Assembly (NCBI GenBank): GCA_965221775.1
Contig: CBDCSU010000004.1
Coordinates: 960,001 to 1,024,000 of the forward strand
DNA length: 64,000 nucleotides
From: Candidatus Latescibacterota bacterium
GTDB lineage: Bacteria > Latescibacterota > UBA2968 > UBA8231
Reading direction: 5' to 3'
Position numbers and translations under genes: made by a program. Each line of letters opens with the position of its first letter. Positions within the stretch are counted from its first letter, which is position 1. Below, in pieces: positions 39,560 to 50,095 of this stretch. The notes below the pieces were generated by a model, which made no database searches, was not told the origin of the DNA, and saw nothing but the letters and a program-made list of their open reading frames with translations.

Positions 39560-40765
39560 TCAAGCGAGAGAAGGCGCCGCGAGACGCCGGGCCTCGTGGA
39601 CGGTGCGCCGCGCCGCGTAGTCGATGTCGCCGGCCGTGTTGAAGCGTCCGATGCCGAAGCGCAGCGTCGCGGCCGCCGTGGCGTCGTCGCACCCGATCGC
39701 CTTGAGCACGTGGGACGGCTCGCCGGAGCCAGAAGAGCACGCCGAGCCCGCGGATACGGCCAGGTCCCGCAGAGCCAGCAGCAGATCGCTTCCGTGGATG
39801 CCGGTGAAGGAGACGCTCAGCGCCCCCGGCAGGCGTCCGCGAGGGTTGCCGTTGCGCCGGACCTGCCCTGCGAGGCCCTCGAGGAGCCGCGACTCCAGGT
39901 CGTCGCGCAGGCCCCCGATGCGCGCGGCATCGGCAACCATCTCCTCGGCGCCCAGGCGGCAGGCCTCGCCGAGGCCGACGATCCCGGGGACGTTGAGGGT
40001 GCCGGAACGCAGACCGCGCTCCTGACCCCCTCCGTCGATGAGCGGAGTCAGCCGCAGGGGCGGCCGGCGGCGGCGGACGAAGAGCGCCCCCTGCCCCTTC
40101 GGTCCGTAGAGCTTGTGGGCCGAGATCGACAGCAGGTCGATGGGAAGCCCGGCGACGTCCACCGGCACCTTGCCCGCGGCCTGGGCGGCGTCGCAGTGCC
40201 AGATGACACCGCTGGCCGCCACCAGGCGCCCGATCTCCTCCAGAGGCTGCAGGGTGCCGAGCTCGTTGTTGGCGGCCATCAGGGAGAGCAGGACCGGCTC
40301 CTCGGCGAGGGCCTCCTCCAGCCGCTCGAGGTCGACGCTCCCGGCGCTGTCGACGGGCAGACGAGTCACCCGGAAGCCGCGGCGCTCCAGGGCGGCGAAG
40401 ACGTCGATCACGGCTCGATGTTCGGTGACGCAGGTCACGAGGTGGTCGCCGCGGTCCCGGTTCGCCTCGGCCACGCCCTTGATGGCCAGGTTGTTGGCCT
40501 CGGTGGCGCCGCTGGTGAGGACGATCTCGCGCGGGGCGGCCCCGATCAGGGCCGCCACCTGGGCGCGGGCCCGGTCGACGGCCTCCGCCGCCCTCCAGCC
40601 GTAGGCGTGGGTCCTGCTGGAAGGATTGCCGAAGTGGGTGGCGAAGTACGGCCACATCGCCTCCAGGACTCGGGGGTCCAGGGGCGTGGTGGCCAGATTG
40701 TCGAGGTAGGGTGTGTACCGCGCAGGCCCGCCCGGAGGCAGGTCAGACGGAGAACGACTCGCCAC
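39560..40765 (-). CDS. iscS: Cysteine desulfurase (IscS/NifS group I); start uncertain
   Basis: YLDNLATTP, FGNPSS, TSGATEANN, ISAHKLYGPKG, RSGTLNV, SAGSACSSG. Confidence 0.95.
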   Translation of the reverse strand: MASRSPSDLPPGGPARYTPYLDNLATTPLDPRVLEAMWPYFATHFGNPSSRTHAYGWRAAEAVDRARAQVAALIGAAPREIVLTSGATEANNLAIKGVAEANRDRGDHLVTCVTEHRAVIDVFAALERRGFRVTRLPVDSAGSVDLERLEEALAEEPVLLSLMAANNELGTLQPLEEIGRLVAASGVIWHCDAAQAAGKVPVDVAGLPIDLLSISAHKLYGPKGQGALFVRRRRPPLRLTPLIDGGGQERGLRSGTLNVPGIVGLGEACRLGAEEMVADAARIGGLRDDLESRLLEGLAGQVRRNGNPRGRLPGALSVSFTGIHGSDLLLALRDLAVSAGSACSSGSGEPSHVLKAIGCDDATAAATLRFGIGRFNTAGDIDYAARRTVHEARRLAAPSLA

Positions 40766-41066
40766 AGCCGCAGGTGGTCCGGGCGTTGGGGTTCTCCACC
40801 TGGAAGCCGGCCCCCATCAGACCATCGTCGTAGCGCAGGACGACACCGTTGAGGTAGAGGCTGCTCTTGGGATCGACGAAGAGGCGGACACCGTTGGACT
40901 CGATGACCTGATCCATCTCGCCGGCCGCCTCTTCGAAATCGAGCTGGTACTGGAAGCCGGAGCACCCGCCTCCCCGGACCGCCACGCGCAGGCCGCGTTC
41001 CGGGGTACCCTCCCTGTCCAGAAGGCTCCGGATCTTCTCAGCGGCTTCGTCGGAAACGGTGATCAT
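40743..41066 (-). CDS. iscA: A-type Fe-S carrier (IscA/ErpA/HesB family)
   Basis: GGGCSGFQY, NPNARTTCGCGESFSV. Confidence 0.95.
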   Translation of the reverse strand: MITVSDEAAEKIRSLLDREGTPERGLRVAVRGGGCSGFQYQLDFEEAAGEMDQVIESNGVRLFVDPKSSLYLNGVVLRYDDGLMGAGFQVENPNARTTCGCGESFSV

Positions 41067-41097
41067 CGGCTTTGGCAGGGGGGCGGCAAGGGTGTGC

Positions 41098-41559
41098 TCA
41101 GCGTCGGAAGATGGCGTACTCCACGAGGTCGGGGACATCCTCGTGACATCGGTAGGTCTCGCAGTTGTGGCAGTCACGCTCGAAGACCGGTATCTCGCAA
41201 AGGAGACATCCGCGCAGTACTTGGATACCGCGCAGGTTTCGCTCCTTCATCTCCTCGTACTGGGCGATCCGTCGGTCGATCTCCTCCTGCTGACCCTGGA
41301 GGAGGTCGATCATCTGACATGCCAGATCGCCGCCGGTCTCGGCCGTCTCGCGCACGGAGAACAACCGGCGCACCTGCTCCAGCTCGAAACCCAGGGCCTT
41401 GAGGCCCTGGATGATCTGCAACCGGCGCAGCTGATCGGCGCCATACTGCCTGAAGCCGCCGTTGGTCCGCGCCACGGGCTCGATGATCCCGAGCTCCTCG
41501 TAGTAGCGGAGGGTCCGCGTCGAGACACCTGCGCGCGCGGCCAAGTCACCGATCTGCAT
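41098..41559 (-). CDS. MerR family regulator with a C-terminal Cys cluster
   Basis: MQIGDLAARAGVSTRTLRYYEELG..GGFRQY; C-terminal CLLC-x8-CHNC-x4-C. Confidence 0.92.
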   Translation of the reverse strand: MQIGDLAARAGVSTRTLRYYEELGIIEPVARTNGGFRQYGADQLRRLQIIQGLKALGFELEQVRRLFSVRETAETGGDLACQMIDLLQGQQEEIDRRIAQYEEMKERNLRGIQVLRGCLLCEIPVFERDCHNCETYRCHEDVPDLVEYAIFRR

Positions 41560-41608
41560 TGTGGGTTCAGGGACTGCCAAGAGGTTGTTTCTATTCGACT
41601 CTCGCGCG

Positions 41609-41637
41609 AATGTAACCAGCCCCCGCGGGAGTGTCAA
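41609..41637 (-). promoter_or_regulatory. Sigma70 promoter of the MerR-iscA-iscS-moeB unit with a dyad in the spacer
   Basis: TTGACA-17 bp-TACATT; the spacer contains CCCGCGGG. Confidence 0.65.
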
Positions 41638-41646
41638 CGCGGGCCC

Positions 41647-42600
41647 TCAGGCCTTTCCGGCGGGCTCGCCGACGAAGCCGTCCACGCTGAAATAGCGGAA
41701 TCCCGTGTCGCACAGCACGGTGACGACGGTGGCCCCCTCCCCCAGCTCGAGCCCCACCCGCAAGGCCGTGGCGACATTGGCTCCAGAGGAGGGCCCCACG
41801 AGCAGGCCTTCCTCGCGCGCCAGGCGCCGGGTGTAGAGAAAGGCCTCCTCGTCCTCGACGGTGACCACCTCGTCGATCACCGAGCGATCGAGCACCTCCG
41901 GTACGAACCCGGCGCCGATCCCCTGGATGCCGTGGACTCCGGCCTCGCCCCCGGACAGCACGGGGGAGCGCGCGGGCTCGACGGCCAGGATCCGCAGCGC
42001 CGGTCCCAGCTCCTGGCGGAGGACGCCGCCGACGCCACTGATGGTCCCGCCCGTCCCGACACCAGCGACGAAGGCGTCGATCCGGCCGTCCAGAGCCTTC
42101 AGGATCTCCCGGGCCGTCGTTCGTCTGTGAACGTCCGGGTTGGCGGGATTGCCGAACTGCTGCGGCATGAAGGAGCCCGCGGGATCGGCGGCGACGATCT
42201 CCTCCGCCCGGTCGATCGCTCCGGCCATGTCCCGGGCGGCGGGCGTCAACTCGATCCGGGCGCCGTACGCGGCCATCACCGAGATGCGCTCCTCGCTCAT
42301 GTGATCGGGCATGGTCAGCACGAGGTCGTACCCGAGGGCGGCGGCAACCATGGCGAGGGCGATCCCCGTGTTGCCGCTGGTGGGCTCCACGATTCTCATG
42401 CCCGGCTTCAGGCGTCCGTCGCCCTCGGCGGCGCGGATCATGCTCAGACCGATGCGGTCCTTCACGCTGCCAGCCGGGTTGAGGGCCTCCAGCTTGCACA
42501 GGACCCCGGCGCTCCCGGCCGGAGCCATGCGGCGCAGGGGCACCATGGGGGTGTCCCCGACCGTGTCGAGGATCGAGTTGGCGACCCTGCCCTCAGCCAT
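41647..42600 (-). CDS. cysK: Cysteine synthase
   Basis: [34 protein letters not shown]. Confidence 0.95.
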   Translation of the reverse strand: MAEGRVANSILDTVGDTPMVPLRRMAPAGSAGVLCKLEALNPAGSVKDRIGLSMIRAAEGDGRLKPGMRIVEPTSGNTGIALAMVAAALGYDLVLTMPDHMSEERISVMAAYGARIELTPAARDMAGAIDRAEEIVAADPAGSFMPQQFGNPANPDVHRRTTAREILKALDGRIDAFVAGVGTGGTISGVGGVLRQELGPALRILAVEPARSPVLSGGEAGVHGIQGIGAGFVPEVLDRSVIDEVVTVEDEEAFLYTRRLAREEGLLVGPSSGANVATALRVGLELGEGATVVTVLCDTGFRYFSVDGFVGEPAGKA

Positions 42601-44680
42601 CTCTCTCGGCGAGGAGGCGGGTGAGTTCGGCCACGTCCTCCACGGGAGCGGAGCAGACCGAGTCGCGGCAGACATAGGCACGGGCCCCTCCCCCGGCGCC
42701 GGGGCGGCGCTCGGCCAGGGCCGGGACGACGGCCTCCGCCGCGGCTGCGACCCCGGCTCCTCCCGAGAGCACGCGGGTCGGCAGGTACGGCCGGTTGGCG
42801 GCCTCTACGAAGGGACGGCGGGAATCCTCGGCGCCCACCACCGTGACCTCCAGGGGGCCCCGGAGGTACTGGTGCAGGGCGCAGGCCATGAAGGGACAGG
42901 CGCCCGGAGACCGCTCGAGGAGCCGGGCGTAGAGATGCAGGGTCTCCTCGGCGCAGCGGTGGAAGTCGGCCTCGCCGGTGAGAGCGCCCAGGCGCAGGAG
43001 GGCCATGGCCGCCAGGGAATTGCCGGCCGGGGTCGCTCCGTCGAAAGGGTTCTTCGTGCGCACGAGGAGGTCGTCGCGGCCGGCGTCGACGAAGAAGAAC
43101 CCGCCCTCGTCGGGATCCCGGAAGCGTTCGATCATCGCCCTCGCGAGGGTGGTGGCCTCGCGGAGCCAGCCGGCCTCGAAGGTCGCCTCGTAGAGATCCA
43201 CGAGGCCGGCCACCAGGGCTGCGTAGTCGTCCTGGCAGGCGGCGATGCGGGCTTCGCCGTCCTTGTAGACGTGCAGCAGCCGGCCCTCCGGGACCATGCG
43301 GTCGAGGACGAAACGGGCCGCCTGCCCCGCCGAGGCCAGGTAGGCCGGGTCCCCCAGGACCTGGGCGCCGCGGGCCATGGCGCCGATCATCAGGCCGTTC
43401 CACGACGCGATCACCTTGTCGTCCCGGGCCGGGGCCACCCGCCGCCGGCGCGCCTCGAACAAGGCAGCCCTCGCCGCCGAGTTCGCCGACGCCAGCCCTT
43501 GCGGATCGACCCCGAGGAAGCGGGCCAGCCCCTCGGGCTCGGAGGAGAGATGTAGGATACTGCGGCCCTCGAAGTTGCCTTCCGGAGTCACGTCGTACGT
43601 GCGGCAGAACAGGCGCGCCGTCTCCTCGTCCTCGACCACCTCCTCCACCTGCTCCGGGGTCCATACGAAGAAGCGGCCCTCCTCGCCCTCGGAGTCGGCG
43701 TCCTGGGTCGAGCAGTACCCTCCCTCGGGAGCGGTCATCTCCCGGATCACGTAGTCCAGGGTCTCGCGGGCGACACTCTCGTAGAGATCGATTCCCGTGG
43801 CCTGCCAGGCATCGAGGTAGACCGGCACCAGCAGGGCATTGTCGTAGAGCATCTTCTCGAAGTGCGGGACGAGCCAGCGCTCGTCGACGGAATAGCGGTG
43901 GAATCCGCCGCCGAGGTGGTCGTAGATGCCGCCTCGGGCCATCTGCGTCAGGGTGTGGGAGGCGGCCTCCAGGGCCGACTCCCCGCCACCGTCGCTCCAG
44001 TGGCGCAGGAGCAGGGAGAGCCCGCCGCTGTTGGGGAACTTGGGGCCCTGGTTGCTGAACCCTCCATGGGTCTCGTCGTGATCGCGCACCAGCTGGCGGA
44101 CGGCGGCCTCCACGAGGCCATCGGCGATCGCCCCGGACCGTGCCAGTGGAGCCGCGTTCTGCACCAGGAACCGGCGCAGCTCGGCGGCCCTCTCCTCGAC
44201 GCGGTCCCGGTGATCGCTGTAGTGCGCCGCCACGGCCTCCAGGACCCGCCCGAATCCGGGGCGCCCGTAGCGGTCGTCGGGGGGGAAGTAGGTGCCGCCG
44301 AAGAAGGGCCGGAGGTCGGGGGTGAGGAAGACGGTCATGGGCCAGCCGCCGCTGCCGGTCATGGCCTGCACCGCCGCCATGTAGATCTCGTCGACCTCGG
44401 GGCGCTCCTCGCGGTCGACCTTGATGTTGACGAAGTGACGGTTCATCAGGGCCGCGATGGCCGCGTTCTCGAAGGACTCGCGTTCCATCACGTGGCACCA
44501 GTGGCAGGCGGAGTATCCCACCGACAACAGGATCGGCCGGTCCTGCCGCCGCGCGAGATCCAGGGCCTCCTCCCCCCATGGGAACCAGTCCACGGGGTTG
44601 TGGGCATGCTGCTGCAGGTAGGGACTGGTCTCGCGGGAAAGGCGGTTGGGGCCGGGGGAGGAAGGGGCGTCGGCGGTCAC
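42593..44680 (-). CDS. YyaL/SPATA20-like thioredoxin (DUF255) plus six-hairpin domain protein
   Basis: [57 protein letters not shown]. Confidence 0.93.
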   Translation of the reverse strand: MTADAPSSPGPNRLSRETSPYLQQHAHNPVDWFPWGEEALDLARRQDRPILLSVGYSACHWCHVMERESFENAAIAALMNRHFVNIKVDREERPEVDEIYMAAVQAMTGSGGWPMTVFLTPDLRPFFGGTYFPPDDRYGRPGFGRVLEAVAAHYSDHRDRVEERAAELRRFLVQNAAPLARSGAIADGLVEAAVRQLVRDHDETHGGFSNQGPKFPNSGGLSLLLRHWSDGGGESALEAASHTLTQMARGGIYDHLGGGFHRYSVDERWLVPHFEKMLYDNALLVPVYLDAWQATGIDLYESVARETLDYVIREMTAPEGGYCSTQDADSEGEEGRFFVWTPEQVEEVVEDEETARLFCRTYDVTPEGNFEGRSILHLSSEPEGLARFLGVDPQGLASANSAARAALFEARRRRVAPARDDKVIASWNGLMIGAMARGAQVLGDPAYLASAGQAARFVLDRMVPEGRLLHVYKDGEARIAACQDDYAALVAGLVDLYEATFEAGWLREATTLARAMIERFRDPDEGGFFFVDAGRDDLLVRTKNPFDGATPAGNSLAAMALLRLGALTGEADFHRCAEETLHLYARLLERSPGACPFMACALHQYLRGPLEVTVVGAEDSRRPFVEAANRPYLPTRVLSGGAGVAAAAEAVVPALAERRPGAGGGARAYVCRDSVCSAPVEDVAELTRLLAERDG

Positions 44681-44686
44681 GGGCGG

Positions 44687-44715
44687 AATCTAACCAGCGG
44701 CCAGGTACGGAACAA
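44687..44715 (-). promoter_or_regulatory. Putative leaderless promoter for the yyaL-like gene
   Basis: TTGTTC-17 bp-TAGATT, with the GTG start 6 nt downstream. Confidence 0.45.
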
Positions 44716-44869
44716 TCGACGAGGACAGCGGCGGCGGCCCCCGCCGATGCCAGCGGGTGCCACGGTTCCCGGGGCCGTCACCGTCAGGCCACACGCCCGC
44801 CCGCCCCCCGGGCGGGAGCATGAGATCGTAGTCGACTGCGGTCCAACGAGGTGGAACCGTCGACCCGCC

Positions 44870-44886
44870 CTGGCACGAGTCGTGCA
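44870..44886 (+). promoter_or_regulatory. Sigma54 (-24/-12) promoter upstream of ssb
   Basis: CTGGCACGAGTCGTGCA versus consensus YTGGCACG-N4-TTGCW, with correct GG to GC spacing. Confidence 0.7.
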
Positions 44887-44957
44887 TCACACAAGGTCCG
44901 TCACGGGTCGGCCTTCCCGCTCGACCTGTCCCCACCACCACCGCTTGGAGGGATGTC

Positions 44958-45383
44958 ATGTCCGACTTGAAGATGCCGTCCATCAACCAGGTTGCCCTTG
45001 CCGGCCGGTTGACGCAGGATCCGGAGTTCCGAATCACCGAAGGCGGGTTCGGCCGGCTCACGGCTCGGATCGCCGTCAACCGCACCTATCGCGACCGCAA
45101 CGACGAGTGGCAGGACGAGGCCTCGTTCTTCCAGATCGTCATGTGGGGGCAGCTCGCCGAACGCATGGCCGACCGGCTGCACAAGGGCACCCCCGTGTTC
45201 CTCAGCGGACGCTTGAAGAGCAACAGTTGGCGGGACGAGGAGGAGAACTCCCACACCATCGTCGAGGTTCAAGTCCGCAACCTGCAGATCCTCGAGCGCG
45301 CTTCCGCCGTCAACGGAGACGCTCAGGACGTGGCCGAGGAGGTCGCGGAGGAGGAGGGCGAGGAGCTCGAACTGGCGGCCTGA
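44958..45383 (+). CDS. ssb: Single-stranded DNA-binding protein lacking the canonical C-terminal PF tip
   Basis: INQVALAGRLTQDPEFR, IAVNR, FFQIVMWG, KGTPVFLSGRL; ends ELELAA; GGAGG RBS. Confidence 0.92.
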   Translation: MSDLKMPSINQVALAGRLTQDPEFRITEGGFGRLTARIAVNRTYRDRNDEWQDEASFFQIVMWGQLAERMADRLHKGTPVFLSGRLKSNSWRDEEENSHTIVEVQVRNLQILERASAVNGDAQDVAEEVAEEEGEELELAA

Positions 45384-45469
45384 CGAGGAGCGGCGCGGGG
45401 GCGGCGGCAAGCAGGCGTGGCCCCCGCACGCGAATCACCCTGCTTCCCGGCGCCCAGGCATGGTCCTGA

Positions 45470-45498
45470 TTGACTCTCTCCGCACCCGTCGCTATTGT
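45470..45498 (+). promoter_or_regulatory. Sigma70 promoter of tRNA-Ala
   Basis: TTGACT-17 bp-TATTGT. Confidence 0.65.
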
Positions 45499-45517
45499 CG
45501 ATTGCGGCCAGCCGGAC

Positions 45518-45593
45518 GGGGCAGTAGCTCAGTTGGGAGAGCGCGGGCTTTGCAAGCCTGAGGTCGTCGGTTCGATCCCGATCTGCTCCACCA
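45518..45593 (+). tRNA. tRNA-Ala (anticodon UGC)
   Basis: Acceptor stem GGGGCAG/CTGCTCC with G3:U70, D arm TAGCTCAGTTGGGAGAGC, anticodon loop TTTGCAA, GGTTCGATCC, encoded CCA; 76 nt. Confidence 0.97.
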
Positions 45594-45631
45594 CTCCCAG
45601 GTCTCGCATCGGCGACCGCAACCGCCGCGGT

Positions 45632-46813
45632 TCAGCGTTGCGCCCGGTACCCGCCGCTCACGCCCCCCGGGGACAGCACGATCTGCCACACTTGGTTCGC
45701 CCGCGCCCGGAAGGACCCGGCGCAAGCGAGCAGGTAGTAGCGCCACATCCGTCTGAACCGTTCGTCGTAGTTCGGTATCTCGTCCCACCGGGGCTCGAGG
45801 TTGGCATGCCAGGCCATCAGGGTGGGGTCGTAGTTGGCGCCGATGTTGTGCCAGTCCTCTAGAACGAACAGGCCCTCCGCCGCCTCGGCGATCTGTCGAA
45901 CGGAAGGCAGCTTCGCATTCGGAAAGATGTAGCGGTCTATCCAGACGTCTCCGGCCAGGTTCGAACTGTTGCTGCCGATGGTGTGCAGCAGAAACAGCCC
46001 GTCCGCGTCGAGACAGCGGCGCACGACCTGCATGAAGACCCGGTAGTTCCTCACCCCCACGTGCTCGAACATGCCCACGGACAGGATGCGATCGAAGGGC
46101 TCCTGCAACTCCCGATAGTCCTGGAGCCGGATCTCGATCGGCAGATCGCCGCACCGCCGGCGCGCGTGCTCCGCCTGGTCCCGTGAGATGGTGACGCCCA
46201 CGCCTTCGACGCCGTAGCGCTCGGCGGCATACTGCAGCGTCCCCCCCCAACCGCAGCCGATGTCGAGCACCTTCATGCCCGGCTGCAGACCGAGCTTCCG
46301 GCAGATGAGATCGAGCTTGGCCTCCTGGGCGGCGTCGAGGTCATCGGCCTCGTTCCAGTACGCACAACTGTAGACCATGCGTTGGTCGAGCATGCGCCGG
46401 AACAGGTCCTCACCGATGTCGTAGTGGCGCTGCCCGACCTGGAAGGCGCGGGAGACGCTCTGCAGGTTGACGAAGGAGGCCCGCAGGCTGGCACCGACCC
46501 GGGACCAGCCGATGGCGCTCTCCTTCAGATCGCCCCGCAGTATCCGATGGATCATCTCGTCGAGGCGGCGGCAGTCCCACCAGCCGTCCATGTAGCTCTC
46601 GCCCATGGCCAATGAGCCCGCCCGCAGCAACCGGCCGTAGAACCGGTCATCGTGCACGTGCAGATCCCAGTCCCGCTTGCCGTCGACGCCGACATCGACG
46701 CTGCGCAGCCGACCGATGACGACTCGGCGAGGATTGAGGCGTGAGAGGAGGGGCCTCGGCTCGGCCCAGGTCTGTCCGGGAGAGGACTGATCGTTGGGAT
46801 CGTCAGGATTCAT
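45632..46813 (-). CDS. cfa: Cyclopropane-fatty-acyl-phospholipid synthase
   Basis: GESYMDGWW, HYDIG, MVYSCAYW, LDIGCGWGG, SVGMFEHVG, WIDRYIFP. Confidence 0.95.
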   Translation of the reverse strand: MNPDDPNDQSSPGQTWAEPRPLLSRLNPRRVVIGRLRSVDVGVDGKRDWDLHVHDDRFYGRLLRAGSLAMGESYMDGWWDCRRLDEMIHRILRGDLKESAIGWSRVGASLRASFVNLQSVSRAFQVGQRHYDIGEDLFRRMLDQRMVYSCAYWNEADDLDAAQEAKLDLICRKLGLQPGMKVLDIGCGWGGTLQYAAERYGVEGVGVTISRDQAEHARRRCGDLPIEIRLQDYRELQEPFDRILSVGMFEHVGVRNYRVFMQVVRRCLDADGLFLLHTIGSNSSNLAGDVWIDRYIFPNAKLPSVRQIAEAAEGLFVLEDWHNIGANYDPTLMAWHANLEPRWDEIPNYDERFRRMWRYYLLACAGSFRARANQVWQIVLSPGGVSGGYRAQR

Positions 46814-46896
46814 GGCGGAAACGGCGCACCTGGCGGCCGACATACGGCAACGTCGTGTGAGGCGCGGAACGGGTCGGTCCCGCGCCCGGCCACCTG

Positions 46897-46925
46897 ATTC
46901 TGACGAGCCGTGGACCGGCCGTCAA
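46897..46925 (-). promoter_or_regulatory. Putative sigma70 promoter of cfa
   Basis: TTGACG-17 bp-CAGAAT. Confidence 0.5.
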
Positions 46926-46941
46926 GGGTTCCCGGCGGCCT

Positions 46942-47826
46942 TCATAAGGCCGGTTCCACTACATACAGCAGGGCCAGGCTGAGCCCCGCCCACAGGGCCA
47001 AGGCGAGCTGCAGGGGCCGGTCGCGCCACAACAGGGCCGTCGGGTCACCTCCGGCCTCGCTGCGGTGAACGAGATAGAGGTAACGCAGCACCCCGTAGAG
47101 CACCAGGGGGATCGTCCATTCCATCCGATGACCGGCGGATAGGCCACCCTCGCCAACGCCGGTGGCGTACAAGGCGTAGCAGACGATGGTCGCTGACGCC
47201 AGCACCCCAATGACCTGATCCAGGAAGGGGATCTCGTACGCCGCCAGGGCCGGCCGATGCCCGGCCGCCCCCTCCCGCAACAGGTCGAGCTCGCCGCGTC
47301 GTTTGGCGGCGGCCAGGAACAGGGTGAGGGTGCAGGTGCAGAGGATGAACCAGGTGGAGATGCCCACGTCGATGGCCACGGCGCCGCCCATGGCCCGGAG
47401 GAAGAACCCGGCGGCCACTATCAGAATGTCCACCAGGAAGGCGTCCTTGAGCCCGAGGGAGTAGGCGAGGTTGAGGGCCGCGTAGAAGGCGAGGACGGCG
47501 GTGAAAGCCGGCTGCAGGAACCAGGACCCGGCGAGGCTCCCCACCAGGAGCACCGCCGCCGCCGAAACGGCCACCCGGGGGGAGAGAGCGCCGCTGGCCA
47601 CGGGGCGCCGGGCCTTCTGCGGATGCAGGCGGTCCCGATGCGCGTCCGCCACGTCGTTGATCAGGTACACGGAGGCGCTGCTGAGCAGGAAGGCCACGGC
47701 CGCCGCCAGGGCGGTGAGCGCGAAGTCGGCATCGAGGAGGTGCCCGGAGAACACGAGAGCGGCGAGAACGAACAAGTTCTTCACCCACTGCCGGGGCCTC
47801 GTGGACCGCAGAAGCGGGGCGATCAC
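46942..47826 (-). CDS. UbiA family prenyltransferase (decaprenyl-phosphate phosphoribosyltransferase-like)
   Basis: RPRQWVKN, YLINDVAD, HPQKARRPVASG, AYSLGLK, KRRGE; multiple TM segments. Confidence 0.9.
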   Translation of the reverse strand: MIAPLLRSTRPRQWVKNLFVLAALVFSGHLLDADFALTALAAAVAFLLSSASVYLINDVADAHRDRLHPQKARRPVASGALSPRVAVSAAAVLLVGSLAGSWFLQPAFTAVLAFYAALNLAYSLGLKDAFLVDILIVAAGFFLRAMGGAVAIDVGISTWFILCTCTLTLFLAAAKRRGELDLLREGAAGHRPALAAYEIPFLDQVIGVLASATIVCYALYATGVGEGGLSAGHRMEWTIPLVLYGVLRYLYLVHRSEAGGDPTALLWRDRPLQLALALWAGLSLALLYVVEPAL

Positions 47827-47987
47827 GGCCACCTGGCCTTCCCGGCTGCAGCTTTCGAGAACCCCGGGAGCGCGCAATGGCTGCTTCCGTCCTGAGCTTC
47901 ACCCATCCGCCGGCTGTCCCTGGTCCCGTTCATTTCAGTCAGTCGCGCGAGCTTCTCCCAAAGCCTTCAGTCCTCGCCGTGGGGCGC

Positions 47988-48019
47988 AAAAAGGGCGACG
48001 CGGCGGTGCCGCATCGCCC
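47988..48019 (-). terminator. Intrinsic terminator after frr
   Basis: GGGCGATGCGGC-ACC-GCCGCGTCGCCC hairpin followed by TTTTT. Confidence 0.8.
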
Positions 48020-48045
48020 GGTGACCGCCGAGGACCAATGCTGCC

Positions 48046-48606
48046 TCAGACCTCCATGATCTCCGTCTCTTTGTTCGTGATGGTCTCGTCCACCTTTTTG
48101 ACGAAGTCGTCGGTCAGGGCCTGGATCCGGGCCTGGCCCTGCCGCGCCTCGTCCTCCGAGATCTCCCCCTCTTTCCTGGCCTCGCCGATCAGGTCCAGAC
48201 CGTCCCGACGGGCGTGTCGTACGGCCACCCGCCCCTCCTCGGCGCGGTTTCGGGCGACCCGGGTCAACTGGATCCGGCGCTCCTCGGTCAGTTCGGGGAT
48301 CGGCAGGCGGATGATCTGGCCGTCGTTGCTGGGATTGAGGCCCAGGGAGGCCTCGGCGCGAATCGCCCTCTCCACGGGATCGATAAGGCTTTGCTCGTAG
48401 GGCCGGATCGTGAGCAGGCGCGGCTCCGGAGCGCTGATGGAGGCGAGCTGGTTCAGGGGTGTGGGCGTTCCGTAGTAGTCGATCCGGATCCCGTCCAGGA
48501 GGGAGACGGTGGCGCGCCCCGTGCGGATGCCGCCGAGATCCCGCAACAGGGCGGCGATGGCGTTTTCCATCGCCTTCCGAACCTCGTCGAAGATCTCTTC
48601 TAGCAT
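48046..48606 (-). CDS. frr: Ribosome recycling factor
   Basis: IRTGRA, DYYGTPTPLNQLA, LGLNPSNDG, PELTEERR. Confidence 0.97.
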   Translation of the reverse strand: MLEEIFDEVRKAMENAIAALLRDLGGIRTGRATVSLLDGIRIDYYGTPTPLNQLASISAPEPRLLTIRPYEQSLIDPVERAIRAEASLGLNPSNDGQIIRLPIPELTEERRIQLTRVARNRAEEGRVAVRHARRDGLDLIGEARKEGEISEDEARQGQARIQALTDDFVKKVDETITNKETEIMEV

Positions 48607-48639
48607 GTCATCTGGCGCTGTCGACGGCAGGCTCCGGAC

Positions 48640-49239
<600 letters not shown>

Positions 49240-49277
49240 GGTTATTCCTGCCTCCCTTCCAGGTCTCCGGACGCCCC

Positions 49278-50036
49278 TCAGGCGGAGGTGGCGGCTTCGA
49301 CGGGCGCGGCGGCCGGCTCGTCTTCTTCGGTACGGGCCCCCCGGCCCTTGTCGGCGGCGGCGCTCCCCTCGATGACAGCGTCCGCCACGGCGCGCGTGAT
49401 CAACTCGATCGAACGGATGGCATCGTCGTTCCCGGGCACCGGGTAGGTCACCGCCTCGGGATCGCAGTTGGTGTCGACGATCGCCACGGAGGGGATGCCG
49501 AGCTTGCGCGCCTCGGCCATGGCCAGCCGCTCCTTGCGGATGTCGATGATGTAGATGAGCCCCGGAATGCCGTTCATCTTGCGGATCCCTTCCAGGGTCC
49601 TGACCATCCGGGTCCGCTCCTTCTCCAGAAGCAGAACCTCTTTCTTCTTGAGCTTCTCGTAGGTGCCGTCGTTGGCGATGCGGTCGAGGTGGTCGAGGTG
49701 CCGGATATTCTGCCGGATCGTCTGCCAGTTGGTCAGCATGCCGCCAAGCCAGCGCTCGGTGACGAAGAACATGCCGCAGCGCTCGGCCTCGGACCGGATG
49801 ACGTCCACGGCCTGCTTCTTGGTGCCGACGAAGAGCACCGCCCGACCCTGCTGCGCCGTGCGGCGCACGGCGTCGGTGGCCTCCTGAAGGCGCTTTAGCG
49901 TCTTGTTGAGATCGACGATGTGGATGCCGTTCCGCTCGGTGAAGATGAAAGGCTTCATCTTCGGATCCCAGCGGCGGGTCTGGTGGCCGAAATGGGTGCC
50001 CGCCTCGAGCAGATCGCGGAGGCTCACTTCTGTCAT
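49278..50036 (-). CDS. rpsB: 30S ribosomal protein S2
   Basis: [39 protein letters not shown]. Confidence 0.98.
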   Translation of the reverse strand: MTEVSLRDLLEAGTHFGHQTRRWDPKMKPFIFTERNGIHIVDLNKTLKRLQEATDAVRRTAQQGRAVLFVGTKKQAVDVIRSEAERCGMFFVTERWLGGMLTNWQTIRQNIRHLDHLDRIANDGTYEKLKKKEVLLLEKERTRMVRTLEGIRKMNGIPGLIYIIDIRKERLAMAEARKLGIPSVAIVDTNCDPEAVTYPVPGNDDAIRSIELITRAVADAVIEGSAAADKGRGARTEEDEPAAAPVEAATSA

Positions 50037-50095
50037 TGAGGAGTCGTCTCCTGAGGAACTGGTTGAGGCTTCCACCCGGCTCGCCTGCGGCGTGC

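Noticed and set aside
45575-45640. Integrative element at tRNA-Ala
   Set aside because: No integrase and no duplicated tRNA 3' end in the window.
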